Shown here one piece after another: positions 26,809-35,524 of a DNA stretch of 56,470 bases. The position numbers and the translations under genes are program-made. Numbering within the stretch: the stretch's first letter is position 1; the number at the start of each line of letters is the position of its first letter. The stretch comes from Verrucomicrobiota bacterium. Its GTDB lineage: Bacteria; Verrucomicrobiota; Verrucomicrobiia; Opitutales; Coraliomargaritaceae. The notes under the pieces are model-generated. The model was given only the letters and a program-made list of their open reading frames with translations, did not search any database and had not been told where the DNA came from. The stretch lies in NCBI GenBank assembly GCA_038748895.1, contig JBCDIN010000001.1:1-56470 (forward strand), in the 5' to 3' direction.

Positions 26809-29399
26809 GTTGGCGCAAAATTCTCGCCATCTTAGCAATCGCCTGGATCGGCCTCAATCTGCTCTCAACAGGCTATCGAGGTATGCGCGGCTTTGAACGC
26901 GAGCCTCTAGCCGATCAGGAAATCGCCATGATCCCGACCGACCAGTCCGATGATGGTAAACCCGTTGCCCTTGCCTATCGTCACTACCGGAAAGATAACG
27001 AAGCAGGCATCCCGATTCTTCTACTTCACGGTAATCCCATGGCGGGCCGTGCGATGAAGCCTCTCGCAGAACGACTAAAAAAAGAGCGTGAAGTCCTCAT
27101 CCCGGATCTGCCCGGCCTCGGATTTACAAGTCGTAACCTAAAGGTTTACTCCGCCGAGAATCAGATCTCTGTTCTGATCTCTTGGCTCGAAAAATTAAAC
27201 ATCGAAAAAGTTCATGTCACCGGCTACTCGCAGGGCGGACCGGTCGCACTCGAGTTAGTCGATCGCCGACCGGATCTTGTTGAGAGTGTCGCTCTGTTTG
27301 CAGCGGTCGGCCTGCAGGAGCACGAACTGCTCGGCAGCTATGAGCTCAACCAACCACTCTACTCGCTCTATTATGCCGCTCTCTGGAGCTTGCGCTGGCT
27401 GACGCCGCATTTTGGACTATTGGATGATCCGATTCTTTCGCCAACGACAGCAAGGAATTTTGCTGAGACCGACCTCCGACGTAACGAGCCGATCTTGAAG
27501 AACTTTGAGGCTCCTACCCTGATTTTACATTCTACCACGGATCGCTTTGTGCCCTACTCAGCCGCAAAAGCTCATGCCGAGTTGGCACCGCATTCCATTT
27601 TCGAGGAAGTCCCCGGAGGTCACATGGGTATCTTTTCCGATCCAGAGAGCTTCGCCCGGCGACTTCTAGAATTTATTACACTCGTAGAATCCGGCAAATC
27701 TCCGACGCGAGCAAATGCGGTATCCTTCAATTCGAGCCATCAACCAGGCCTCTCTGTCAAAATCCCCCAAGACACAGAATTTCTGAAGATCCTTATCCTC
27801 AGTATTTTTCTCTTCCTTCTTGTCTACGCTTCTGAGGATTTGGCCTGTATCGGCGGAGGGATTCTTGCTGCGAGCGGTGCGATGCCCTTAACGAGCGCAA
27901 TTCTCGCCTGTCTCGCAGGCATCTGGGTAAGCGATGTCTTGATCTACACTGTTGGACATCTTCTCGGAGCGCGCACTCTGGAAACTAGATTTTTTCGCCA
28001 TATCAGCGAGAAAGACGTCTCTCGTTTCCGATCTGCTTACAGCAAGCGGGGCCTCAAGATCGTTTTTATCACACGCTTCATTCCTGGCAGCCGCGTCATT
28101 GCCTATCTCACGGCTGGGATCCTCCGGCTGGGATATTTGCGGTTTAGCTTGTGGCTGTTTCTGGCGGCAAGCCTTTGGACGCCCATTCTGGTCACGACCG
28201 CCTTCGTCGTCGGCCATCCGTTAATCGACTGGTGGAAGAGCTATGGACTGAAGCTGCTTCCTGTAATCGCATTTTGTATCATCGCACTTTATCTTAGTAT
28301 AGGAATCATTTCAAAGTCATTCACTTATAAGGGTAGAGCTGAACTCCGCGGCCAATGGTTACGTCTCATCCGATGGGAGTATTGGCCTTCATTTCTGATC
28401 TACCTTCCAGTCGTCGTTTACGCAATTTGGCTCATGGTGAAATACCGCAGTGTAACCGTCTGGGCACTTTGCAATCCGGGCATGCAACCACTGAGCGGAC
28501 TCGCGATGGAATCAAAGAGCGAGATCCTAAACGCATTAAACAAAAGCACAGGCAAGATACCGGCATGGAAATTTTTACCTCAAGGTGGACCTCCGGAAGC
28601 GAGAATAGACGCTTTCAAAGAATTCCAAAAAGAGCGCCCCAATCCCTGGCCTGTCATTCTCAAGCCGGATATTGGCCAACGTGGCGAAGGAGTTGCCGTA
28701 ATCCGAACGGAAGCCGAAGCCAAGCGCTACCTGCGCGCCAATTCCGAACCTCTAATCATTCAAGCATATGTCGAGGGCCTGGAATTTGGAGTCTTTTACT
28801 ACAAAATTCCCGGCCACAGGAAAGGCCGGATCTTTTCGATCACCCATAAAATCTTGCCGCAGTTAGAAGGCGATGGCGTGCGAACGCTGGAACAACTTAT
28901 CCTTGAAGACACACGAGCCGTTGCAAAGGCCAGGCACTATCTCAAGGTCAACGCAGACCGGATTAAAGAAATTCCTGCAAAAGGAGAAACCATCCAACTG
29001 GTCGAACTCGGCACACATTGTCGTGGCGCGATATTCTTAGACGGGAACCAGTTTGCAACCGAAGCACTGGCCGAAGCACTGGATGAACTTGTTCAGACTT
29101 ACGACGGTTTTTACTTCGGTCGATTTGATCTGCGTGTGACAGATCCTGCAGCGCTTTCGAGAGGAGAGGCATTCAAGATCCTCGAACTCAATGGCGTCTC
29201 TTCAGAGTCGACGGATATCTACGACCCTAAAAACAATATCCTTGTCGCTTGGAAAAAGCTCTGCCGCCAATGGTCAATCGCTTTTGAAATCGGAGCCGCA
29301 AACCGGAAAGCAGGAATTCCCACACCGCGCTTAAAAGAAGTTTTCGCCACCCTGCGTTCACACCGCCAAAGGACTTTCTTTGAAGTTGCGGATTTATAG
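26805..29399 (+). CDS. Three-domain membrane fusion: alpha/beta hydrolase + DedA/VTT membrane domain + ATP-grasp ligase
   Basis: 864-aa ORF with an N-terminal TM helix. The hydrolase part (aa ~55-300) has PILLLHGNPMAG, the nucleophile elbow HVTGYSQGG, then HSTTDRFVP and GGHMGIF. The polytopic region (aa ~330-580) has the DedA-like FITRFIPGSRVIAYLTAGILRL. The ATP-grasp part (aa ~600-864) has WPVILKPDIGQRGEGVAVI, LIIQAYVEGLEFGVFYY and FKILELNGVSSESTDIYD. Confidence 0.8.
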   Translation: MSWRKILAILAIAWIGLNLLSTGYRGMRGFEREPLADQEIAMIPTDQSDDGKPVALAYRHYRKDNEAGIPILLLHGNPMAGRAMKPLAERLKKEREVLIPDLPGLGFTSRNLKVYSAENQISVLISWLEKLNIEKVHVTGYSQGGPVALELVDRRPDLVESVALFAAVGLQEHELLGSYELNQPLYSLYYAALWSLRWLTPHFGLLDDPILSPTTARNFAETDLRRNEPILKNFEAPTLILHSTTDRFVPYSAAKAHAELAPHSIFEEVPGGHMGIFSDPESFARRLLEFITLVESGKSPTRANAVSFNSSHQPGLSVKIPQDTEFLKILILSIFLFLLVYASEDLACIGGGILAASGAMPLTSAILACLAGIWVSDVLIYTVGHLLGARTLETRFFRHISEKDVSRFRSAYSKRGLKIVFITRFIPGSRVIAYLTAGILRLGYLRFSLWLFLAASLWTPILVTTAFVVGHPLIDWWKSYGLKLLPVIAFCIIALYLSIGIISKSFTYKGRAELRGQWLRLIRWEYWPSFLIYLPVVVYAIWLMVKYRSVTVWALCNPGMQPLSGLAMESKSEILNALNKSTGKIPAWKFLPQGGPPEARIDAFKEFQKERPNPWPVILKPDIGQRGEGVAVIRTEAEAKRYLRANSEPLIIQAYVEGLEFGVFYYKIPGHRKGRIFSITHKILPQLEGDGVRTLEQLILEDTRAVAKARHYLKVNADRIKEIPAKGETIQLVELGTHCRGAIFLDGNQFATEALAEALDELVQTYDGFYFGRFDLRVTDPAALSRGEAFKILELNGVSSESTDIYDPKNNILVAWKKLCRQWSIAFEIGAANRKAGIPTPRLKEVFATLRSHRQRTFFEVADL

Positions 29400-29657
29400 G
29401 GGTTTTTCACGTAAGCACGATCGTGGTTCGAGCGTCCGAAACTTTTTGTGAGGTTTTGATAACTATCAGAGCAAAGTTAGCACGACGCTTTTATTCAAAT
29501 AGTGGCGCATCCGCCGTCACAGCGCTTTCAATATAACAGACGAGCCTAGAGCAAATTCTCCTATTAACCGTAAGATCGAGACCGAAAGATTTCTGCCCAA
29601 AAACGGCTCATAAGTTCTCTCCGGCAAGTTTCTGGAATACTGATTGCTCAACATTCG

Positions 29658-30686
29658 ATGATGCAAAAAGTAATTATCGATAGCGACTGGGGAGGCGACG
29701 TCCTTCAACTCTCCAGTCTATTGTTCGCAAGACCTCAAGAATACCGCGTCCTTGGAGCAACTGTGACTTTCGGTAATTCGAGCCATGATCAGAATCTTCT
29801 CAATGCTGGGTCGATGCTCAAGCTGATGGATATGGACCACTGCATACCTCGCTTTCCCGGAGCCCGCGCTCCCGATGGAATGAAAGAACAACCAGAGGGC
29901 GATGGAGCACACGGTCTCACTGGTTTAGGCAAGATTGAGCCAGATCTGTCGAATACTGAACCTGAAGGCACCGATTCAGTTGATTTCATATTAGAGACAG
30001 TAGCACATGAACCAACAGATTCGGTTATTATCATAGCTACAGGCCCGCAAACAAACATCGCCAAAGCTATTCGCAAGGATCCGTCGATTATGCAACGCAC
30101 CAAGCAGATTCGCATAATGGCAGGCTGCACTGCTCCTCTCGACGGCTACCGGGTCGATAGGAATTTGAACCGGCTCTCAGATCAGCCAGTCCAACGCTTT
30201 GGAAATATAACTGAGCATGCAGAGTTTAATTTTCAACAGGCTCCAAGAGATGCTGAGACTGTATTGAAAAGTGGGATACAAATCTATCTTTTCCCCATGA
30301 ATTGCACACATCAAATGACCTTGACCCAAGCGCGTGAAGCAAAACTTGCAAAAGCCTTCAAGGATGCCGGAGCAGTTAGGGATATGATTATCGGGTTACA
30401 CTCATCCGCGAGGTTCATCGATTACCAAAAATTCGGCATCGCACCGACCCTGCACGATGTCCATACGACCGCTTCGCTAGTAGAACCTGAGCTTTACGCA
30501 GGCCGCTGGGGAGATATTGATATCGTCACGGATCCAAACGCACCAGATACAGGATATACGGGTTTTAAACCAAACCCGAATGGTTCACACTGGGTTGCTG
30601 ATACAATAAGGGATCCAGACGCCGTTTTTGATCTACTGATCAATGCCTTGAAGCGGACGATTCGTTACGAGTCGCTCACGGTTTAA
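29658..30686 (+). CDS. Nucleoside hydrolase (IUNH) family protein with divergent N-terminal Asp motif
   Basis: Family patterns present: GATVTFGNS, IIATGPQTNIAKAI, IRIMAG, GNITEHAEFNFQQAPRDAETV. The N-terminal IIDSDWGGDV replaces the canonical DTDPGxDD. Confidence 0.75.
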   Translation: MMQKVIIDSDWGGDVLQLSSLLFARPQEYRVLGATVTFGNSSHDQNLLNAGSMLKLMDMDHCIPRFPGARAPDGMKEQPEGDGAHGLTGLGKIEPDLSNTEPEGTDSVDFILETVAHEPTDSVIIIATGPQTNIAKAIRKDPSIMQRTKQIRIMAGCTAPLDGYRVDRNLNRLSDQPVQRFGNITEHAEFNFQQAPRDAETVLKSGIQIYLFPMNCTHQMTLTQAREAKLAKAFKDAGAVRDMIIGLHSSARFIDYQKFGIAPTLHDVHTTASLVEPELYAGRWGDIDIVTDPNAPDTGYTGFKPNPNGSHWVADTIRDPDAVFDLLINALKRTIRYESLTV

Positions 30687-31918
30687 ACCGCACGCTCAAG
30701 AACAACGTGCTGCACATCAATTAGCGACGTATCAAATCCGGCTTCACAGTAGCTTAGATAGTAATTCCATTTTCGCCGGAATTTGCTGTCGAAACCGAGT
30801 GCATCAACCTTCCTAGAATTTCGGTTAAATTGCTTGGCCCAGCGGTTTAGCGTTTCTGCATAATCCGCTCCGAAACCTTCCATCGAAATAAGATGAAGAC
30901 CCTCGGCAGCTTCAACATGACGCTTGATCGCACCGGGCGACGGTAGGTGACCACCTGGGAAAATGTGCTTTTGGATCCAGTCGCAGCTACTGCAATATTG
31001 CTCATAGCGATCGTCTGGAATCGTAATTGCCTGCACAACTGCTCTGGCGCCCGGTTGGAGTGAATCCCGAATTTTAGAAAAGTAACTCTCCAGATACTCT
31101 TTGCCAACAGCCTCGATCATTTCACATGAAACAACAGCGTCGAAACGACCGTCGAGTTCCCGATAGTCCTGTAGCGCAATCTCGATATTCTTACCATGTG
31201 GCGACTCGTCAAAACACTGCTTCGCGTAGTCGAATTGTTCTTCCGAGAGTGTGATTGTCTTTACTGAGCAGCCGCGCTCGGCCGCCCGCAGAGCCAGAGC
31301 TCCCCAACCAGAACCGATTTCAAGAATTCTGTCTCCCGGTTTGACTCCCGAAAGATCAAGCATGCGATCGATTTTGTTGAGCTGTGCCTGTTCAAGACTC
31401 TCATAGTAATTCGAGAAAAGAGCGCTCGAGTAAGTCATCGTTGAATCAAGGAAAGTCTGATAAAACTCATTACTGAGATCATAATGCTCCTGTATATTCT
31501 CTTTGCTTTTACTTAATGTGTTTCGACGTCCCAAGTGGTAAAGACGATTCAGAGCCCGGCCCAAATAGGAAAAACCACGCTTTGATTGACCCAGGTATTT
31601 CTGATTTTGAGCAAAGATTTTCAACACTCCGGTCAGATTCGGCGTCGACCATAGTTGGTCTACATAGGCCTCGCCTAAACCAATACTCCCACCTGAAAAA
31701 ACACGTCTGAAGAAAGCTGTATCGGTAATTTGCATCCGCTCGGGTGCTAAGTCTGCGTCACCTACATTAACAGAAGCCCCACTTGGGAAACTGACCTGCA
31801 ATCGACCTTCCTTGATTCTAGACAAAAGCCGGGCGAAGGCTGCCTCACGAAGCCCTAGCCGCTTCGATTTAGATGCGGGTAGAGCAGGATCTAGGACTGT
31901 GGTCGGTGTGGTATCCAT
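30683..31918 (-). CDS. cfa: Cyclopropane-fatty-acyl-phospholipid synthase family methyltransferase
   Basis: 411 aa, with HYDLSNEFYQTFLDSTMTYSSALF and the SAM motif ILEIGSGWGALALRAAERGCSVKTITLSEEQ. It is the last gene of an overlapping three-gene minus-strand unit. Confidence 0.9.
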   Translation of the reverse strand: MDTTPTTVLDPALPASKSKRLGLREAAFARLLSRIKEGRLQVSFPSGASVNVGDADLAPERMQITDTAFFRRVFSGGSIGLGEAYVDQLWSTPNLTGVLKIFAQNQKYLGQSKRGFSYLGRALNRLYHLGRRNTLSKSKENIQEHYDLSNEFYQTFLDSTMTYSSALFSNYYESLEQAQLNKIDRMLDLSGVKPGDRILEIGSGWGALALRAAERGCSVKTITLSEEQFDYAKQCFDESPHGKNIEIALQDYRELDGRFDAVVSCEMIEAVGKEYLESYFSKIRDSLQPGARAVVQAITIPDDRYEQYCSSCDWIQKHIFPGGHLPSPGAIKRHVEAAEGLHLISMEGFGADYAETLNRWAKQFNRNSRKVDALGFDSKFRRKWNYYLSYCEAGFDTSLIDVQHVVLERAV

Positions 31919-32676
31919 GGAAAGAAAGCGCTAGTTGTTTGCTGGTAGTTCCGGTAAGCCTCACCCCGGCTCTTGAGCGAAGAGCGTTCGGCATGCGGGA
32001 TTCCGGTAAGATAACGAAGAAAAACATACATCGCTGCAGGGCCAATCAGCGTAAGTGCCCAGTTTGGTGCACCCCACGCAAAAGCAACATAGGCCCACCA
32101 ATGCAGCCATTCGAAAAAGTAATTCGGATGACGGGAGTAGCGCCAGAGGCCGTCCCGGCAGACACCACCTTTATTTGCCGGGTCTGCACGGAAGTTGGCC
32201 AACTGCCGGTCAGCTAGCGCTTCGCCAAGCAGTGCGGCAAGTGCGATGAAGATAGCGAAAACATCTGCAAAACGGCCACCACCCACTGTGTTACTGGCGG
32301 CAATAGTCACAGGAAATATAAAGACTGCGATGAATACGATTTGAGCGAGAAACAAAAAATAGAAATTGCGTTTTGAGCGGGCTCCCCAGTGCTGAGCAAG
32401 ATTAGAGTAGCGTGGGTCCTCGTGCCCGCGAAGCACACGGTCACGCAAAAGATGATAAGTCAGACGGAACGACCATAAACAAACAATGATGACGACAAAA
32501 TCTGTTCGTGCATGCGCTTGTTCCTGAACGAAATAGTAAGCAATCGCGCTGATACCGATACCACCCGTCCAAATAAGATCAACAATAGCCATTAGCTTTA
32601 CTCTTAGCGCTATAAGGTAAATTAAACTGGCTAAGACAAAGCCCACTAGGAACAAGCCTATCCAAAAACTACTCAT
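31891..32676 (-). CDS. DUF1295-family membrane protein (steroid 5-alpha-reductase/ICMT-like fold)
   Basis: A polytopic 261-aa ORF with GLWRYSRHPNYFFEWLHWW, the DUF1295 signature. Its start overlaps the desaturase stop and its 3' end overlaps the cfa start. Confidence 0.85.
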   Translation of the reverse strand: MSSFWIGLFLVGFVLASLIYLIALRVKLMAIVDLIWTGGIGISAIAYYFVQEQAHARTDFVVIIVCLWSFRLTYHLLRDRVLRGHEDPRYSNLAQHWGARSKRNFYFLFLAQIVFIAVFIFPVTIAASNTVGGGRFADVFAIFIALAALLGEALADRQLANFRADPANKGGVCRDGLWRYSRHPNYFFEWLHWWAYVAFAWGAPNWALTLIGPAAMYVFLRYLTGIPHAERSSLKSRGEAYRNYQQTTSAFFPWIPHRPQS

Positions 32677-33629
32677 TGATTAGCTTTTGAATTTTGCGAA
32701 GCCATCGCTTCAGCGTAAATTTTCTCTGGATATACTTTCATATCCCAGACAAGTCCGAGCTTTTCCATCAAACGCAGGCCCAGGAAGGTCATGTCTATCT
32801 CCCACCAATACATGCCCTGTCTTGCAGAAAGTGGCCAGCGGTGATGATTATTGTGCCAACCCTCTCCAAAGGTCAGTAACGCGACCCAGAAATTGTTCCG
32901 ACTTTCATCTTTGGTATTAAAACGCTTATTGCCGATGATGTGCGTCACTGAATTCACGCAAAAAGTTACGTGGTAAACCAGGACCGTGCTTAGAAAGAAG
33001 CCCCACATAACAAGCTGTAAGCCACTCGTTCCCAAGCCGGGAAAAGCAGCATTCAAACCAGCACCTATCCCATACAGGACGACAATTAATGAAAGCACCG
33101 GTAGGACATGGAAACGGTCGATGAAACAAAGCTCACGATATTTAGACAAGTCTTTTACTCGATTGAATTGGATGGTCTTGTAGGAACGACAAAGGACCCA
33201 TCCTATGTGCGCCCAGAAAGCGTCTCTAACTACCGGCGAATGAATATCTTCTTCCTGATCTGAATGCTGGTGGTGATGACGATGGTTCGCCGCCCACCAC
33301 ATCGGGCCAAGTTGCGCTGAAGACGTCCCAACCCACGCAAAGACAAACTGCATAAGCCGGCTTGTTTTAAAGGAACGATGCGAAAAGTAACGGTGGAACC
33401 CTGCAGTTAGCGCAAACACACGTGCGACGTAAGTAATGATCAGGGCCACAACAGCAACCCAGCTAAAACCAGTGAAGAAGGCACCAATACATGCCAGATG
33501 CATGAAAAATATGGGGGAAGATGCCATCAACAGGCGGTTGTCTTCGTCTTTAAATCCGTGGTGAATAATCTTCGCTAAAGTCGTCATGAGAGTCGGATTG
33601 TTTAACTGTAGAGAGAACGTGGTGAACAA
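32673..33629 (-). CDS. Membrane fatty-acid (acyl-CoA/acyl-lipid) desaturase
   Basis: Three His boxes: HRYFSHRSF, HRHHHQHSD and GEGWHNNHHRWP. The start is possibly at the internal MTTLAKII. Confidence 0.9.
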   Translation of the reverse strand: MFTTFSLQLNNPTLMTTLAKIIHHGFKDEDNRLLMASSPIFFMHLACIGAFFTGFSWVAVVALIITYVARVFALTAGFHRYFSHRSFKTSRLMQFVFAWVGTSSAQLGPMWWAANHRHHHQHSDQEEDIHSPVVRDAFWAHIGWVLCRSYKTIQFNRVKDLSKYRELCFIDRFHVLPVLSLIVVLYGIGAGLNAAFPGLGTSGLQLVMWGFFLSTVLVYHVTFCVNSVTHIIGNKRFNTKDESRNNFWVALLTFGEGWHNNHHRWPLSARQGMYWWEIDMTFLGLRLMEKLGLVWDMKVYPEKIYAEAMASQNSKANQ

Positions 33630-33686
33630 AAGATACTTACAGCATTGTTCATCGTAAGTTTAGATAGCAATGCTCGATTTCCCGAC

Positions 33687-34163
33687 ATGTCTTCGCCCCA
33701 TACAATTTATCGAAATCAAGTCTTGGACACGGATTTAGAAACAGCCTGGGAGTTCATGAGTAGCCCTGCGAACCTGGACGCTATCACGCCCGAAGACATG
33801 CAATTTTCTATTATTTCAGAGACCCCCGATAAAATATATGATGGTCTGATGATCGAATATCTCGTGCAAATACCCCTCTTGGGTAAACAGAGTTGGCTCT
33901 CTGAAATAAAGCATGTCTGCGAAGGAAGGTCTTTTGTCGATGACCAAAGGGTCGGTCCTTACAAACTTTGGTTTCACTACCACGAGATCAGCGAAGTTGG
34001 AGGAGGAGTCCGGTTTGTTGATAAAGTTGTCTACACTTTGCCGCTCGGGCCCATCGGGTCCATTGCTCACATTTTTTACGTTAAGAAAAAATTGGAATAC
34101 ATTTTCGATTATCGTGCCACCGCGATGGAAAAACTATTTGGGTCTTTAAATAGTCTGGACTAG
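33687..34163 (+). CDS. SRPBCC (START/Bet v1-like) family protein
   Basis: About 158 aa from the ATG at 33687 (the ORF-track TTG is at 33645). It reads LETAWEFMSSPANLDAITPE...GPYKLWFHYHEISEVGGGVRFVDKVVY, which is the pattern of small SRPBCC ligand-binding proteins. It is divergent from the desaturase operon. Confidence 0.7.
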   Translation: MSSPHTIYRNQVLDTDLETAWEFMSSPANLDAITPEDMQFSIISETPDKIYDGLMIEYLVQIPLLGKQSWLSEIKHVCEGRSFVDDQRVGPYKLWFHYHEISEVGGGVRFVDKVVYTLPLGPIGSIAHIFYVKKKLEYIFDYRATAMEKLFGSLNSLD

Positions 34164-34322
34164 CCCGCTAAGGCATTGACACGACCAGCGGGATTCCACA
34201 GTCTTCATCTAATTTATCGGAAAGCACGTCAGTGCTACCGAACCTCGTGGTGAGAGCAACACCTCTAAATTTCCTACCACGGTCCCTTTTTACTTAGGCA
34301 AATCCTGTATGCCCATCTAGAC

Positions 34323-35504
34323 ATGCAAACAGACGCAGTTGAAACTACAGAGCCACAAGGCGAAACTCCCAAAAGCAAGGAGAAGACGACTCATGACAAT
34401 GAGATCATTGTATCCGGCATCCTTGAACTGCTACCCAATAAAACAGGCCAGTTAATCGAGCCCAATCGCAATGGTAAAACGACGCCAAATGATCCGTTCG
34501 TTCCTCGAGAGCTAATCAAACGTTTCAAGCTGAAACAGGGGAACCTAATTGTAGGAAAGGCTCAACACAACGGACGCTATCCTAATCCCAAGGTTCGTTA
34601 TATCGATACGGTTGATGGCGTTCCGCTCGAAGAGCGCAAGGGCCGCTTCTCTTTTCAACAGATGACGACGATTGCCCCTGAAGACCAAATCAGGCTGGAG
34701 GCCAAGGATGGGCGTATAACTACCCGGATCATGGACCTTTTTTGCCCCATAGGCAAAGGCACTCGTGGCCTCATCGTCGCTCCGCCGCGCACTGGGAAGA
34801 CTACCCTTCTCCACGATATTGCTTATGGCGTGATCGAAAATCATCCTGAATGCCATGTCATCGTTCTACTCGTTGACGAGCGGCCAGAGGAAGTCACGGA
34901 TTTCAAACGAAGCGTGGATGCAGAAATTTACGCCTCATCCAATGACGAAGAAATAACTAATCATCTGCGTCTTGCCGAAATCGCGATTGAGCGTGCCAAG
35001 CGTCTTGTTGAGGCCGGCAAAGACGTCGTCTTACTCCTCGACTCGATTACCCGTCTCGCTCGCGCCTACAATGCCGCCTCCGGGAAAGGTGGGCGCACAA
35101 TGACAGGTGGTCTCGATAGCCGGGCTCTCGAGAAACCACGCCAGATTTTTTCAGCCGCCCGCAACTGCGAAGAAGGAGGCAGCCTGACCATTATCGCAAC
35201 CGCCCTTATTCAAACCGGAAGTAAGATGGACGACCTTATCTTCCAGGAGTTCAAAGGCACCGGAAACATGGAGATGGTTCTCGACCGGAAAGCAGCCGAA
35301 CTACGCCTCTGGCCTGCCATCAATCTCAACGCATCCGGGACACGGAAAGAAGAACTCATTCTTTCCGGGAAATACCTTGAAGGAGCCCAATTTCTCCGCC
35401 GAGCGCTTGCCGGTCAAAAAATCGAAGATGCGGCCGAAGCGATGATTGATCGCTTCCAGCAGACGAAAAACAACGACGATTTCCTCAAGTTGCTTGATCG
35501 CTGA
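34323..35504 (+). CDS. rho: Transcription termination factor Rho (short N-terminus)
   Basis: [46 protein letters not shown] and [32 protein letters not shown]. The OB-fold part starts at aa ~26 ([15 protein letters not shown]). Confidence 0.95.
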   Translation: MQTDAVETTEPQGETPKSKEKTTHDNEIIVSGILELLPNKTGQLIEPNRNGKTTPNDPFVPRELIKRFKLKQGNLIVGKAQHNGRYPNPKVRYIDTVDGVPLEERKGRFSFQQMTTIAPEDQIRLEAKDGRITTRIMDLFCPIGKGTRGLIVAPPRTGKTTLLHDIAYGVIENHPECHVIVLLVDERPEEVTDFKRSVDAEIYASSNDEEITNHLRLAEIAIERAKRLVEAGKDVVLLLDSITRLARAYNAASGKGGRTMTGGLDSRALEKPRQIFSAARNCEEGGSLTIIATALIQTGSKMDDLIFQEFKGTGNMEMVLDRKAAELRLWPAINLNASGTRKEELILSGKYLEGAQFLRRALAGQKIEDAAEAMIDRFQQTKNNDDFLKLLDR

Positions 35505-35524
35505 TTGGTCTGTTGCCTCAAGCG

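Noticed and set aside
29400-29657. The 258-bp spacer upstream of the nucleoside hydrolase and the 160-bp spacers at 24875-25037 and 25437-25543, screened for small RNAs or riboswitches.
   Set aside because: I could not recognise any riboswitch core, tRNA-like T-arm or strong conserved-looking structure. Only weak hairpins are present.
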